From Chrysomallon squamiferum (lineage: Eukaryota > Animalia > Mollusca): a stretch of DNA of 64,000 nt. Location: assembly GCA_012295275.1 (NCBI GenBank), contig CM022672.1, positions 3,348,001 through 3,412,000 of the forward strand. Direction: 5' to 3'. This document shows positions 14,893 to 51,099 of this stretch, in pieces. Within the stretch, counting starts at the first letter, position 1; each line of letters begins with the position of its first letter. The notes beneath the pieces are model-generated. The model was not told where the DNA came from, searched no databases, and saw only the letters and a program-made list of their open reading frames with translations. A program made the translations under genes and the position numbers.

Positions 14893-15198
14893 AGCTAACT
14901 TACGCATTTAGAACATGGATATATTTTCATTTTTATTTTATTAAGACAAGGCAGCACATGTATCTGTTTTTGGGAGTTTTTTTTCTTTCTTTCGAACTGT
15001 TTAATTTATACCACACTCTGCTGGTAACGTATCAAATTATGCATTTATTAAGTTTATGATGTAATGCTCATCTAATATTTTTTGTTTAAATTTTTATTTT
15101 GTTTAATATCATTTGATTATTTTTATAAATAGATTATTATTATTATTTTTTTATTCACAGGGATATTTTTTCTTTATTTTGTTAATTTATATAATGTA

Positions 15199-15921
15199 CA
15201 GTATTCCCTCGTTATTCGCGGGGGTTACGTTCTTTACCCCCCCGCGAATAGCGAAAAACCGCGAATATTGGATGCAGTTTTAAAACGTCTATTATGAGAT
15301 TAGATACGGTACTAAATGCTTCCCAAACACTTTCTAAAGACACTCTTACTCATTAATACAGTAATAATGTAGTAATATTGCATGCAGTTATGTATTTCAC
15401 TAATGTAGTAATGATAATGTAAACGCATTTTAATTTTGTACTGAAACAATATTTTAATCAGAAAGAAACGTAAGTACAGGAGGACAGTAACACCGCATAG
15501 CATAATTACCCATACTGTATTACTGTACCGTAAAGTCATTTTCTATGCGTACAACATATGTATTAGAATTGACAGAAAGTGGAACAAATTTAAAGGCAAA
15601 CAGACAGATAAATACAGTACGCATAGTTCAGGTAATAACAATACAATTCAGTAATAATATGCAATTAAAAACATTATTAATACACAGTCACAAAAAATAT
15701 GCACTGTACATACAGTGTATGCATTTATAAAAAAATACGTACTGTATTGCAACAATAATTGAAAAAATTTGATATTGTTTGTGCGGTTTACCGAGCATTT
15801 GTTTTTATGACGTTATGACGCTAGCCTGGTATACCAGCATACGATGCGATAGGGTTAAGAGCCTAACCCGCGAATATGCGGGGCCGCGAATGGGGAACCG
15901 CGAACAGGTGAGGGTATACTG
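15199..15921. mobile_element. Non-autonomous Tc1/mariner-superfamily (pogo/Tigger-like) MITE, about 720 bp
   Basis: Imperfect TIRs: CAGTATTCCCTCGTTATTCGCGG on the left and CAGTATACCCTCACCTGTTCGCGG as reverse complement on the right. TA on both flanks (15197-98, 15922-23). Subterminal CCGCGAA repeats. Confidence 0.85.
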
Positions 15922-16989
15922 TATTATCATAAACACAAATTAATGTCCTTATTTCTTAAACTTCACTGTTTTAATTTATGAATCCAATATTTTTATTTCA
16001 TTTTTGTTTGACAGAACTAGACAGCACATAATCTCTGAATTTTTTTTTTTCGAACATTTTATTTTTTTTACTATTTTATTTACACCAAATGTTACAATAT
16101 ATATATTTTATTTTTTTTGTTTTGACTTGATTTTCGATTTTAACAAAATATTCATAATGATGTCTTTAATTTAAATTGTCAAAAACTATTAATTATATAT
16201 ATATATATTTTCTAACAGAACAATGGAAGAAAAATAATGTATAATAGTAATACAGTCAATCTGTTTTATTTATTATTCCTCTTTCTTTTGTTTGTTTGGT
16301 CCGTCTTGAAATGAAATGTGTTTTTAAGACATGGATACACTTGATGAACCGATTTTTGTTAAACAGAACATAACAAAGAGGTGATTAGCAAGGAAGTAAT
16401 TAACCCCTCGTTCGTTCACCTTTCTGACTTGGCTAGAATAGGTAAGCACGAACAACAGAGTTAGTTTTATTTCTGTATCAGTAATCAAAGAAACAGAATA
16501 AAATAGTTTCTCGTAAATAGCGTTCAGACGGGAGAAAATGTCTGCATTTGAAAAATTGAACGCGTTTTTAGAAATTGGTACAAGATGGAGATGTTTGTAT
16601 ATGTGTGTGTGTGTCTGTGTGTGTGTGTGTGCGTGTGCGTGTGTGTGTGTGTGTGTAATTTAATACATATTAAATTATTTCAAATCTATTCATATTTGAT
16701 ATATTTTGCAAACAAACAGACACATATAGATAAATTTGAGTCCATATGTACACATTTACACACACACACACACACACAGACGTATTTAAAATATCAAATA
16801 TTCATCAAAATTATTATATAAGCAGCACAAATAGAAATACTTCGTGTTATTAAATTGTTTAACAGAATAGTTACAGTAAACTGAAATAAACATTCATTTC
16901 ATATCCAGCCATGGACGAAACAAATCTGACAATTGTTATTGCATTAACACAGAGAAACCCAAGCATATACATGTATACATGTACACAGA

Positions 16990-17190
<201 letters not shown>

Positions 17191-18413
17191 ATACGAGGAG
17201 GATTATTATGAAACTACTGAAGGGCCCCAGACATGACTTTATTCCACACTGCTTCAGAATTTTAATCCATATCTGAAAAGCCGTAGTTAAATTTTTAAAA
17301 CATTTATGGTGATCTGTCACGAAGCAAGGCTGTTGAAGACGATATCAGTGGATACACAGACGTTGTTGTTGCTTGTGACGGGTCCTCACAAGAGTTCACA
17401 CTTCAGGGTCCCACAAAATGTACGTCCACCATTTCAAACGCGCACGCAGACAAACACACACACATACATACATACATACATACATACATGCATGAATACA
17501 TACATACATACATACATACATACACATACACACACACATACATACATACATACATACACACACATACATACATCATACATACATACATACATACAAACAT
17601 ACATATGTAGTTGTGTAAATATGTATGTATTTTCATTATAATTGCAAAAAAAAAAATCCATATAAACGAAAACAAATAAAATCCAGTGTATTCTTACAAC
17701 ATTTTTCTAAATGGAAAAACAAACAAATAAATAAATAAATAAATAAAATAAAATAAAATAAAATAAAAAACAAAAGGGCAAGCTGTCATCACGAAGCAAA
17801 ACTTCACTGATTACAAGGAAAATACTATTTTATTTCTTTTCTTGTTCTTTTTCCATTTTTATTTTTTTTATGATTATTAACCGAATTCTTAAGAGAAATA
17901 CAGATTGATGGTTGTTCGTTCCTTGATTAGAAACGTAATTTTTAAGGACAGTTTATAAACGCGAGACATCAGCTAGCTAGCTATAAAACCTCTCACACGA
18001 ACATTGTACGCAGGGAATGGAAACTGCTCAGTAGCTGGGGTGATGAAAATAAAACAGATCTGCTCAAGTGTGTTGTGTTTGTCTGCTCGTAAAATATTAA
18101 TGACGAGTAAATTCTCTGTAAGCCGCCAGATTACGTTTGTGTTTCTGTTCGAATACTCCGAGCACACAATTAAATCCTCATCTCGCGGAAGAATCCAGTA
18201 GATTAAGAGGGAGAATCTGCATATTGCTATTCACGTCTAAATATAGTTAATAATATCGTTTACAATTCTGTTTGCAAATAATAATAACAATGATGATGAT
18301 GATGATGATAATATAATAATAAAATTAATAATAATAACAGTAATAAAAAATAATAATAAGTTTTGCTACAAACTGTTCCAAATTATTTTATCTATCTATC
18401 TCTGGTATCGTTT

Positions 18414-18562
<149 letters not shown>

Positions 18563-19257
18563 CTTTCTGTCGCTTTCTTTCTCTGTACGGGTGTATGATT
18601 CTCTATCACTAAATGTTTCTGTTAGTCACATCGTTTTCTTTCTTTCTTTCTTTCTTTCTTTCTCTTTTTATCAGTATCTCTCACTAAGGCAAACACATAC
18701 ACATACACACGTACTGACATATATAATTAATAAAAAATCAAAAAAAAAAATAAATCAAACTAAACCAAAATCGAAAAAGACAGAAAGTTTTAAATTTAAA
18801 AAAAAAAAAAAAAAAAAAAGACGAAGAAAGAAGTGCCAATATGGACATCATCTTAAGCATTCCATTTCACCCGTGTGGAGATCGTCAGCACGGCATTTCA
18901 GTTTTAATGAGGAGTCCCTGAATAAAACAACGGTCAAAGCAAAAGAGTTAAACAATTCATCATTCTTCTGTTGCAGTAATTGATTTTAATAATGACCGTT
19001 CTTTGACTGCAAAAGAAAGTCATTCCCATGAATAATAGATTCATCTGTTCCATTCAGTTACGTTAGAGGTGAGTTTATTCTGAACCCGGGTGAATGAAAC
19101 TGATTTAATGCTGCTCTGAACTGCACGACGATCTGTCATGTTCCAGTGAAAGGGAAATTATTACCATGCTGTTTACTCTTGGTAAAACAGATTAATACTC
19201 GTTTAAATGTTTATAGTATTTCTCTTTTCATATAATTGTATTTTCCCACTGATTGGG

Positions 19258-19519
19258 TTTTGAATTGTTGTACTGAAAATACGTTATCGCTTCGAGAAGT
19301 GTATAAATACGATATCTATACTATTTTGATATCTTTACTGTAAAGATAATAATAATAATAATAATTAATTAATGAATAAATAAATAAATATATTCACTGT
19401 TTTGAATTGTTGTACTGAAAATACGTTATCGCTTCGAGAAGTGTATAAATACGATATCTATAGTATTTTGATATCTTTACTGTAATGCGTTTGTTAATGA
19501 ATAAATAAATAAATATATT
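19258..19519. repeat. Local tandem duplication, two copies with period about 142 bp
   Basis: ttttgaattgttgtactgaaaatacgttatcgcttcgagaag...gatatctttactgtaa occurs at about 19258 and 19400, each followed by ttaatgaataaataaataaatatatt. Confidence 0.9.
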
Positions 19520-20225
19520 GTGTACATCTAAGCGGTATGTAGTAGCTGTCTTCGTTGTTCTTTATTATTAATAATAAATATGCCTTAGTAATATGTGTAA
19601 GAACGTTTGTGTTTGAAAATATCTATTTATACAAGTATATATATATATATATATGTACGAGGGTGTGCGTGTTTGTGCATCTGTTTGTTTTTAATGTATG
19701 TGTATATGTGCTATACTATGTTAGTGTAATTCGTATTACTTTCATAAGGACGAGTCACATTTCTTAACACAGAGAGATATTTATAACTTAATTAATAATA
19801 AAAGTGAAAGTATTTCTTTATTACGTTCTAGATCGTCTGAAATAAATAGGTGGGATTTTTTTTTTTTTTTTTTTTTTTCTTTCCTCTCTCTGCCCATCTG
19901 GAATGAAAAAAAAAAAAATAATAATAACCAAAGTTAAAACAAAAACAAAAATGCATTAACAGAAATATACTGGCATTCGCGGCGTCAGATTTCACATTAA
20001 CGTATTTCATATCCATCATTCGCCAAATTAAAATTAATTTAACGTGACAGGAAGCAGGGTCAAGGTCGGTTCCTTATGCGGCGTAATATGCTGGGAGATC
20101 AGTGTTGACAGTGATTAGGATCAGTTTGTCTGTTATTGTATTAATAGGGCTACTTCCTGTTCCTGTATCCTCTCTGAAGACAACCAGAGATAATGTTGTG
20201 TGTTTTCCACCTTTGAAAAAAAATC

Positions 20226-20339
20226 GCTTTAATCACTTTAGCTGCGTTGTTTCCCGAATCATATTTATTCCCCTTGAGACCACACTCAGCAATAGTCATA
20301 TTCATTTTTTTGGATCATGGCTTGGGAATGATTAAAAAT

Positions 20340-20365
<26 letters not shown>
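20226..20365 (+). mobile_element. Dispersed repeat with (TAA)n tail (SINE/LINE 3' end-like), copy 1
   Basis: About 108 bp similar to the reverse complement of 23611-23715. Both copies end ...GGATCATGGCTTGGGA followed by (TAA)n. Confidence 0.65.
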
Positions 20366-20374
<9 letters not shown>

Positions 20375-21185
20375 CTAATACTAATACTACTACTACTATA
20401 ATAATAATAATAATAATAATTAATAAAATATATTGTTGTTGTTGCCCTCTGCCCTCTTTCTTCTCAAGAAAAAAAAACAAAACAAAACCACCGTCTTTGC
20501 TTTCTCAGATTAACTAGTTTCATCGTATCAGTTTTACATTTGATGCAGAAGTAATATCGAACCAACAAAACAGACAGAAATTTCCTTGTGTGTATTTGAT
20601 GTGAATTTGACATTGATCCTCCTGTTCAGTGGTTAAAAACCCTTTTACTATCTTCTGGTTAAGGAACATGATGATATTTAGGATGTTATTAATTTGTCAT
20701 TTGGCGTTTTTTTTTTTTTATCCGTTATTTTTTTTTTTTTTTTTTTTCCCAGTGAATCTCGATTTAAAAAAAAAAAAAAAAAATAGAAAGCAACAAAAAA
20801 ATTGATAATAATTTACAAAGATTTCTTATAATTTATTCATTCATTGTTTTCTGCATTCATATTTATTTTCCATGAAATTAAAGATTTTCTTGTTTTAATT
20901 TTAAACCTATGATGTTTTTATAATGTATTATTATCAGTATTATTATTATTACTATTATTACGTTGTTATTATTATTATTATTACTTCGATTAGAAAAATA
21001 CACATTAAAATATAATCATTTTTAATTTTTTACTCCTATATATATAAAATATATTTTTTATTGTCAAATTTACACACAAATATTGCAATCAGTTAATTGA
21101 CAAACAGCAAATTTAACGAGCTCATTTCATCAAAATAATTGTGTTCTCGATTTATTGTTTAATTTCCCTGTTTCTTTTTTCGGCT

Positions 21186-33095
<11,910 letters not shown>

Positions 33096-34471
33096 GTCGA
33101 ACAGTGAGTGACGAACACGTTCTAAAAGTCTGTTTTATTTCTTTTTAAGAAGTGTATGAAATCACGTGACTACAATTTATTTAATTGTGGCAGCAATATC
33201 CGAGTAAAATAGGTTAAAACAAACAAAAAGTTGAAGAGATTGGATAAGACGAACAACAGTATAGTCAGCGACAAAAGAAACGCAAAGTTAAATTTTGTTT
33301 CTGTAGAGAACAAATCTTAACGCATAGTATATTGCATAAGTTTAATTTATTAGATTTTATTGATGACGTTTATATTGATGCTGTTTGTTTATAATTTCAT
33401 AATCCCTGTTTAAGAAAAATTAGTTATTAAAAAAAAAAAAAAAAAAAAACGAAAAACTACACTATTTTTTCCTTGTAAATATTTTATCATTCCAGAATTC
33501 ATTTATTTTATTTTATTTTATTTATTTATTTTATTTTTTATTTATTTTATTTTTTCATTTCATTGAGTAAACGTGACATTTTTATTAAGTATTAACCTAA
33601 CTTTTTAGTGAACAAACATTGCATTATACGATTTAAAAAAAATAGAAATTCATTTAAGCACCGTTAACAGAATTAGACTTCCTAGCTATCACAATATGTT
33701 TAAATATATTATTGTTGTTGTTGTTTTGTTTTGCATGCCATACCTCTGTCAAAACTATATGATATGCTGTAGTAGTAGTAGTAGTAGATGAACAAGAATT
33801 GGTGTATTCCTTTTTTTTTTTTTCTTAATTTTGTCTTAATGATTATCATAGACAATCTCATTACACAAAATCTATATATATATAGTTCAAAACAGATTTT
33901 GTATAATTATATAATTATCTTTTTAATATTATTTTATTTTTTTTTTTTTTTTTTTTTTTAACGATCAATTTATAACTCTAGGGAAATAAATACTTAATTC
34001 AATCATTATCATCTCCAAGCGCAATTAACAAGGAAATCATTTCAGACTGGTTTTAAAATATGATTTACCCAAATGTTTCATCATCCTAGAGCGAACCAAA
34101 GCTGTAAAATTTATATTTGAACATGTTTCCTAATCCGTGTGTTTACCGTACCATCTAAAAAAAAGTGACCGGAAAAGTCGGCGCATTGATACTCAAGCAG
34201 CCATTTTTGTTTGCACAGGCCAGTTTAAGTCTCCGAGGCATCACGTTTGCCAGACGTTTTGGAAGGTCAATCTGTGAAAAGCAGACTATCTTGCTCTATA
34301 TATATAGTCAGGAATGGGAGAATCAACAAAAGACGTTATAAAGAATGGAAAGCTTTGTGACAACATGCTCAAAGCAGGGTTAAAGATTCCATGTCGTCGT
34401 CGGACGTTTGCAGTAAAAATGTCGTGGTGAAGTACGTCGTATCGCAGACGTGGATGTAGAGTTTTGAAAAA
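33096..34471. promoter_or_regulatory. Shared intergenic, candidate bidirectional promoter region of the two oxidase genes
   Basis: 1376 bp between divergent ATGs. TCACGTGA E-box at 33162-33169 and TATA-like CTATATATATAG near 34296-34307. Confidence 0.55.
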
Positions 34472-44185
<9,714 letters not shown>

Positions 44186-44972
44186 AAAATATATATATAA
44201 AGAAAAACCCAAACCTCTCCACATGACTGTAAAAAATAGAACCATTTGACGTAACCCAGTTAATGTAAAACAATATTCACACTAAATTCCTTATGGTATC
44301 AAACAGTAGTAATAAAATGCAGAATCAGTTTCAAAAAAAAAAAAAAAAAATTTCAGATTAAATTATGCCTATGTCATACCATCTTTTATTTCCCACAAAA
44401 ATTGTAAATATATTTTATAAGATACATATATAAAAATAGAAATTAAAATGTGTTTACGATCATTAATCTAATCGACAAGCCGACTGGGTTTTGAACATTT
44501 GATAGCTTATCCTATATTTACGATATTACTAACCTTATTTATTTTTCTTTGATGGATTGTAATTGAATAGTTTGTCATATAATTATATTTTTCTGTTTCT
44601 TAAGGTGTTTCTTTCTTTTAATTTTAATTTTAATTTTTTTAATTTTTTTTTTAATTAAATAAATTATTTTTGTTTTATGAAATATTTGCTGACTTCATTG
44701 AAATCGTGTATGTTTATAATATATGTACAGTCATTATGTGATTTTATATCTATTTTGTCTGTGTTGAAATTATGATCGGTTCTCTTGTATTTGTCCTTGA
44801 AGCAATAAAAGTTTATTTTCGAAAATATTAATTATTTTTGTATTAATTTAAAAAAAAAAAAAAAAATAAAAACACTTTCAGTGTAAAATTTTACCTATAT
44901 AGTTGTTTCTTATATTTGAACTCAAGTACTTGCTGGTGATATGTTTATATATATAAAATGATTTGAGAGAGT

Positions 44973-45032
<60 letters not shown>

Positions 45033-45147
45033 ATTTATATTAGTGGTTACACAAGAAAATATAATCATTCAAACACTAAATTTATAAAACTGTCTATTTC
45101 CATAATATATATGTATAAATAAATAAATATATATATATATATATATA

Positions 45148-46632
45148 TACTCTCCCAAAAAAGAAACGCAAAATGGTAGATTTCTTAAATACCTATTGTA
45201 AACTGACACATATCGATGCACAAACTATGAATATGATGACATTTGGCGATTCAAACTTTTTGCTTTTATTACAGTCGCCAAAAAGCAGGTAACACAAAAT
45301 AAAGGCAATGATCAGGTTTATTAGCCAAAACGTCCCCGCATGCAAACCACGTTACCAGTGCATTTGCACGTGCGGCACATGAAACTTGAATATGAAGGTT
45401 ATAAAAATGCAAGGTTTTCGAATACTTATATTCTTTATTTTTGTTCTGACCCAACATCAAACAAATGTCACGACTGAGTGAACCGCAACGAAACAACGCC
45501 ATCGGCCGTTTACAAGCTGGCGAATCCTTCTCGGCCATAGCCCTGGTGTTCCATCTATCCCCAGTCACCATCTTGAGATTGTGGTATCAAACAACACGTG
45601 ACCATCCCAGATCAGATAGACCACGTGTAACCAACCACCAGGGCCCAGGACCGCTACATACGGGTACTTCATCTACGGGAAAGAACCACCACGGCAACCT
45701 CTACTGCTTCAGCAATACCAGGTCTGCGTAGAATATCGGCTCAGACAGTGCGCAATTGTTTACGCGAGGCAGGTATTCGAGCCAGACGGCCTGTAAGAAG
45801 AGTGGTTTGGACTCAACAACATCGTCGACTACGACGTCAGTGGTGTCACCTGCACAGAGTCTGGCCTCAGTTACGATGGAGAACTGTCTGGTTTAGTGAC
45901 GAGGCTGGATTTCTGCTTCGTCGAGCTGATGGAAGATGTCGAGTTTACAGACGTCATGGTGAACGTTTTGCTGCAAACTGCATACAGGAAGCGGACAGAT
46001 TTGGCGGTGGTAGTGTGATGGTGTGGGCAGCAATCTCACACACTGTTAGGACCAACCTGGTTCACATCCAAGGCAACTAAACGGCACAGAGATACCGAGA
46101 TGAAATTTTGCAGCCACATGTCGCTCCAATTATGAATAACGGTAACGCTGTATTCCAGCACGACAATGCGAGACCACATACAGCCAGACTCACAACAGCG
46201 TACCTACACAACAATAACATTCAGGTCCTTGCCCTGGCCCTCTAAATCTCCGGATTTGAACCCTATAGAGCATTTATGGGACAATTTGGATAGACTGATG
46301 CAGCATCAACCAAAGCTACAGAATCGTGCTCAGTTGGCATTATTACTACATTCAGAGTGGACCACCATTCCACAAGGTGTAATTCATAATGTCATTACTG
46401 CCATGGGAAGGAGATGTCAGGCAGTTCTGGACTCCCATGGTGGGCACACAAGGTATTGATATTATACTGTTATAACCTTGAACTTTAACCTTTTCAATGT
46501 AATACCGTCAGCATTAATGAATTGCGAAAGTGTGTGTAAAATGTGAACATTTTGCTGCTTTCTTTTGATCCATTAGACAGACATTCCCATTGTCAATAAA
46601 ATCTACCTTTGCGTTTCTTTTTTGTTAGAGTA
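45148..46632 (+). mobile_element. Full-length but decayed Tc1/mariner DNA transposon, about 1.49 kb, inserted in a (TA)n tract
   Basis: TIRs TACTCTCCCAAAAAAGAAACGCAAAATGGTAGATTT (left) and TACTCTAACAAAAAAGAAACGCAAAGGTAGATTT (right, reverse complement). TA repeats on both flanks. Internal transposase remnants. Confidence 0.95.
45465..46459 (+). pseudogene. Tc1-like DD34E transposase pseudogene
   Basis: Paired-like HTH start MSRLSEPQRNNAIGRL, WFSDE, GGGSVMVW, FQHDNARPH, WPSKSPDLNPIEHLW, C-terminal GGHTRY*. Broken by at least two frameshifts and a TAA at 46078-46080. Confidence 0.93.
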
Positions 46633-46916
46633 TATATATATATTTGCATGCACACAGACTTCACTTTTAGGGTAGATAACTCTAAATTGAGAACTCTTCA
46701 GTGGAATTTCTAAATTGTTTAAAATATTTCTATATGTTCACGATGTTCACTTATAACTGGAATTATTATTGTATAAATGTTAAATCGAAATTAAAATAAT
46801 TATAACGCAAACGTTTGATGTTGAATTTATTTCGAGAAATATTTAGGTAGTACAAGCAGCGTTAGAAGTATGAGCGTTGAATACACGCAAACACACACTG
46901 CAATTCCTGTAATAGA

Positions 46917-46972
<56 letters not shown>

Positions 46973-47119
46973 TGACAAAAAACAATAATAATAAACAGAA
47001 GTTAAATGCTAATAAACAAGGAAGAACAACTACAGTCAATTTTCCATTCGTGCTGCAATTAATAATATATTGATTAGGTAGAAAATACGTTATTCCTTCA
47101 GGATATAGTTTGATTTTTG

Positions 47120-47163
<44 letters not shown>

Positions 47164-47337
47164 TACTACTACTACTACTACTAATACTACTACTAATACT
47201 AGAAGTATTATTATTATTATTATTATTATATAATAGTCAAGTGTTGATGTTTGTAATATAATAATCATATGTGCATTCTACCTTACAAAATTATCTAAAG
47301 ACAGAATATCTAGAATGGAAAAAACCCAAAATGGAAT

Positions 47338-47372
<35 letters not shown>

Positions 47373-47464
47373 ATAAACCTAAATATATACTTGATAAATA
47401 AATAATATTCTTAAAATATTTCTGAAATGTGAAAGTATTTCGGCTATAATTACCCTGTATGTCA

Positions 47465-47612
47465 TCATCTGCCGTACCCGAAGAATATTTTTACCAGTCT
47501 GTTTACACACTGCCATTCATTGCCGTTGAAGTGGCCGCTGTTGTCTGCGTCACAGAGGTTGTAGATCTGCATGACCCTTAGTTCCATCGTTTGACGTTTG
47601 TCTTTGGGCTGT
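47465..47612 (-). CDS. Last coding exon of a small secreted EF-hand peptide precursor
   Basis: Acceptor cttatttacttcatgcag, phase 2. Translates (T)QPKDKR-QTMELRVMQIYNLCDADNSGHFNGNEWQCVNRLVKIFFGY-GR* with a tandem TGA TGA. The 12-residue EF loop DADNSGHFNGNE is flanked by two Cys. Confidence 0.8.
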
Positions 47613-49805
47613 CTGCATGAAGTAAATAAGTAAATCAACAAATCAGAGAAGTAGTTAAATGACTTCTGAATGCTCTGTTTATTTTGATTTCGTTAATGTT
47701 TTTTTTTTTTGTTTTTTTGTTTTTTTTTTAAATATTTTTATTATAATTAGATATATATATATATATTGTTATTGTTATTGATTTTACCTCGTGAAATTCG
47801 TAATTTTTGTACATCTTTTTATTATTTTGTTTAATTTTAAAAGTCTATGTATTATTAACGATAGAAAACTGGTATTTGCTAGTGTGAATTAAAATGACTG
47901 TTATTAAAAAAGCTGAAACGTTGCAGATAACGACTTGTTTTCGCTGACGTCACTGATTTATATTATGTATCCCAGTTTGCTGTGCGCCATAGCCATTGAT
48001 TTTTACTTAGTTCATCGCTAAATGACAAATAAAATAAAATAAAATAACTATATTCAAATTTCCTTATCAAACTAGACGACTGTAAGATTTATGATGTCTC
48101 ATGACAGTGAATGGAATTACGAATGCAGCATTAAAATAGTCAGATAATGTTAAAATAAGGTAAATATGATATATATATATACCTTTTTTTTTTTTTTTTT
48201 TTTAATGAAAAAGGTTTTTGTCATCGATTTATAATATTTCTTGATCAATTAATTTTTTAGAGCTATGTTTTTTATTTTGTATGAAAATATACGATATAAA
48301 ATACTCATAATGTGAAATAAATGTATAATACATGAGGCCTGACTGCCAATGTGAGAATATCAGAAGTATCGTAATACAGAACCCGTAGGAACCAAACTGC
48401 AAAGTCTTCTCTAGTACAGAACGTCGAAAAGCCGGTGTCTTGATCTGTATTAATACTTGAGTAAACTCATCAACCATATCATCATCATCATCATTACCGT
48501 CATCGTTATTAAATTATGATCATCATCACTGTAAGAGCCAAATGCTATCATGTTCAGATGTTTGTTAATGCAAAACATTAGGTCAGGTTTTTTTTATATA
48601 TAATCTGTGATGTAAAATAAAAACGCTGACAATGTATTTCCGCGAGCAATCTATTACATATGAAATGGACCGAGAAGTACAGTTACTGTAGCGTATACAA
48701 TGTCTTGACAATAGCATTGTTCTTATTGTTCTTGCAGGGTTTTTTGTTTTGTTTTGTTTTTTTTTTTTTTCCTTTTTTTTTACTTTTTGTTATTGTTTTG
48801 TTTTGTTTTTATCTTTTTAAATTTTTAGTGTTTTTTACTTTTTTTTTTCGCCATTTTTTCTCGTTTTTGTTATTTTTGTGACTACTGCAGTAATTGTGTG
48901 AGACTGAAAGTGGCTTTCCTAAAATAAACTCCGTCTAAAATGTATCTCACTAGAGAAATGATAAAATAATTTTAAAAAAAATATTATTTTTTTAAAGAAT
49001 ATTGTTTTTCATATATTAAAGGCTGCACATGAATTACAGCATTATTTTTCTCTTTTTTTTTCTTCCCTGTATTTACTGATGCACTTGAAAACAAAATTCC
49101 ATTATCCTAAGACACAAACAAAAACAGAAAAGAAAAAAAAAAAAAAAAAAAAAGCACCTTCCAGTAAATTTAAACAAATTTAATTATGGTTTAAGCACGA
49201 CTGTCATGCCTGCAAACACGACGTGTTTTCTGAAGCTAAAAATACCATTAGTGTACTAAAACTGTTGTGACAATTCAGTTTAATCCAATATAACTTCCTT
49301 CCCAACCAGAGTTAATCTCGGCGGATTTCAAATGTCATAGTGAAGAATGCGTGGACGCTGCTACTGGTACCAGTGCGCCTCGTGCGATTTAATCCAACTC
49401 GGAATAGTCTGAAAGTTTCTTATAAACGCGACCTTAAAATGGAAAGAAATTGTAATAGGAAGTGACTTTACAAGGAAGGAAAATCTTATTAGTTCCTTGT
49501 TTAAGAAGGAAGATTTAAAAACTCTTGTGTGTGAATGCTAATGCTATGAAAAAAAAAAAAGCGGGATGTAATTCATTTGTTTAAGAACTGGACAGAGACA
49601 CGGCGGGGTGAATATCACTTCGCTTTGATGAAGATGTTCACTAATTTCCCGTTCCAGAGATAGCCCAATGATTATAAAATACGTACATTACGTTTTAAAT
49701 GTGTGTATGTGTGCATGCATATATGTATCTATGAATATGTTTATGTGCGTATTATGTATATATGAAGAATGTATGTATGGATGTATGGATGTATGGATGT
49801 ATGTA

Positions 49806-49876
<71 letters not shown>

Positions 49877-51050
49877 ATGTATGTATGTATGTATGTATGT
49901 ATGTGTATATGTGTTATGTATTCATGTATGGATGTATATAATTATGTATGTACGTATGTTCCATATTAACATCATCTTGCTATGTTCACTGACCATGACC
50001 TTCGCCTTCAAGATGTGGGACAGCGGATCTGAGTTAGACAATGCGCTTTCGACGTATCAGTTGACTTTCATCTGCCTGTTATCACGACGAACGCTAAGCT
50101 CGTCGTTCATCGCGCGGATTCAAACCGCAGCCACCCTACAACACCTAATTAAAACGTCATTTTGAGGGCCTTGTTTCGGCCAACGCCATTATTTCCTTAG
50201 CGATTAAGGATTTCTCGAAAAGGATTAATTCTTCAAAGTGAGCTAGCTGCACGCTGGCGTGTTTCCGTGATGTCATTAGCGACCCCACGAACAGCGCGGT
50301 CCTGTTAAATCCCGAAAAGTGCAGTCTGTGGTCTACATCACCAGCAGACAAATTCATCGGTTTACGTTTAAGCAGTCATCCCTATATAAGTCAGCTAAGT
50401 GAAATCAAAATATGATTTAATATTAGTATTTGTATAAGCTAATGCTTGAAAGTTTCTCTTAGAAAAAAAAAAAAAAATAAAAAAAATAAATTGAAATAAA
50501 TCCGTAATAATGTTTCAATAACATATCAATCTTAATTTACTTCGATGTAAGAATTAAAGTATTTGTCATTTAATCGATACGGCGTTCTTCGCAAGGAAAT
50601 ATTAATAATATTAAGACAGACGCGTAAAATTCTGTGTAAGTCGAGAGTTTACAAATTCTTTGATCCGGCGAATCACGGAAGTTACTGTTTGGCAATCGCT
50701 AGCTTCCCCCATGACAAATGTGATTGAACAGTTATTATTAGCCATATTATGCTGTACGAGTTGTTGTTGTTGTTGTGTACGAGCAGCAGAAGCTGTGGTA
50801 GTAACAGTAACAGCTGAGGTATTAATGGTTGTTGTTGTTGTAGCAGTAGTAGAAGTAATTTATTTTGATGGTTCATATTTCAAAAAACACATTTCTGATT
50901 CAAGATTACTTAGCTATAAAATTATATCTTCTAATACGGGCTTGACGTTTATGTTACTCTTGTAATTGTGTTTTTATTGTTGTTGCTGTTGATGATTGTG
51001 CTATGTACTACTACTACTACTATTATTAAAATTAGTATTGATATCATCAG

Positions 51051-51099
<49 letters not shown>

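Noticed and set aside
47465-47612. EF-hand peptide as a canonical NPF/NPY or NKY neuropeptide
   Set aside because: It lacks RxRF/Y-amide and FRY-amide endings, and it contains a Cys pair and an EF loop not found in those families.
48229-48477. 82-aa minus-strand ORF with a hydrophobic stretch as the signal exon or a middle exon of the EF-hand peptide gene
   Set aside because: Its donors are weak, and as an internal phase-2 exon it hits a TAG. The 52121-52042 exon has a better signal peptide, start context and GTAAGT donor. It is not fully excluded as an alternative first exon.
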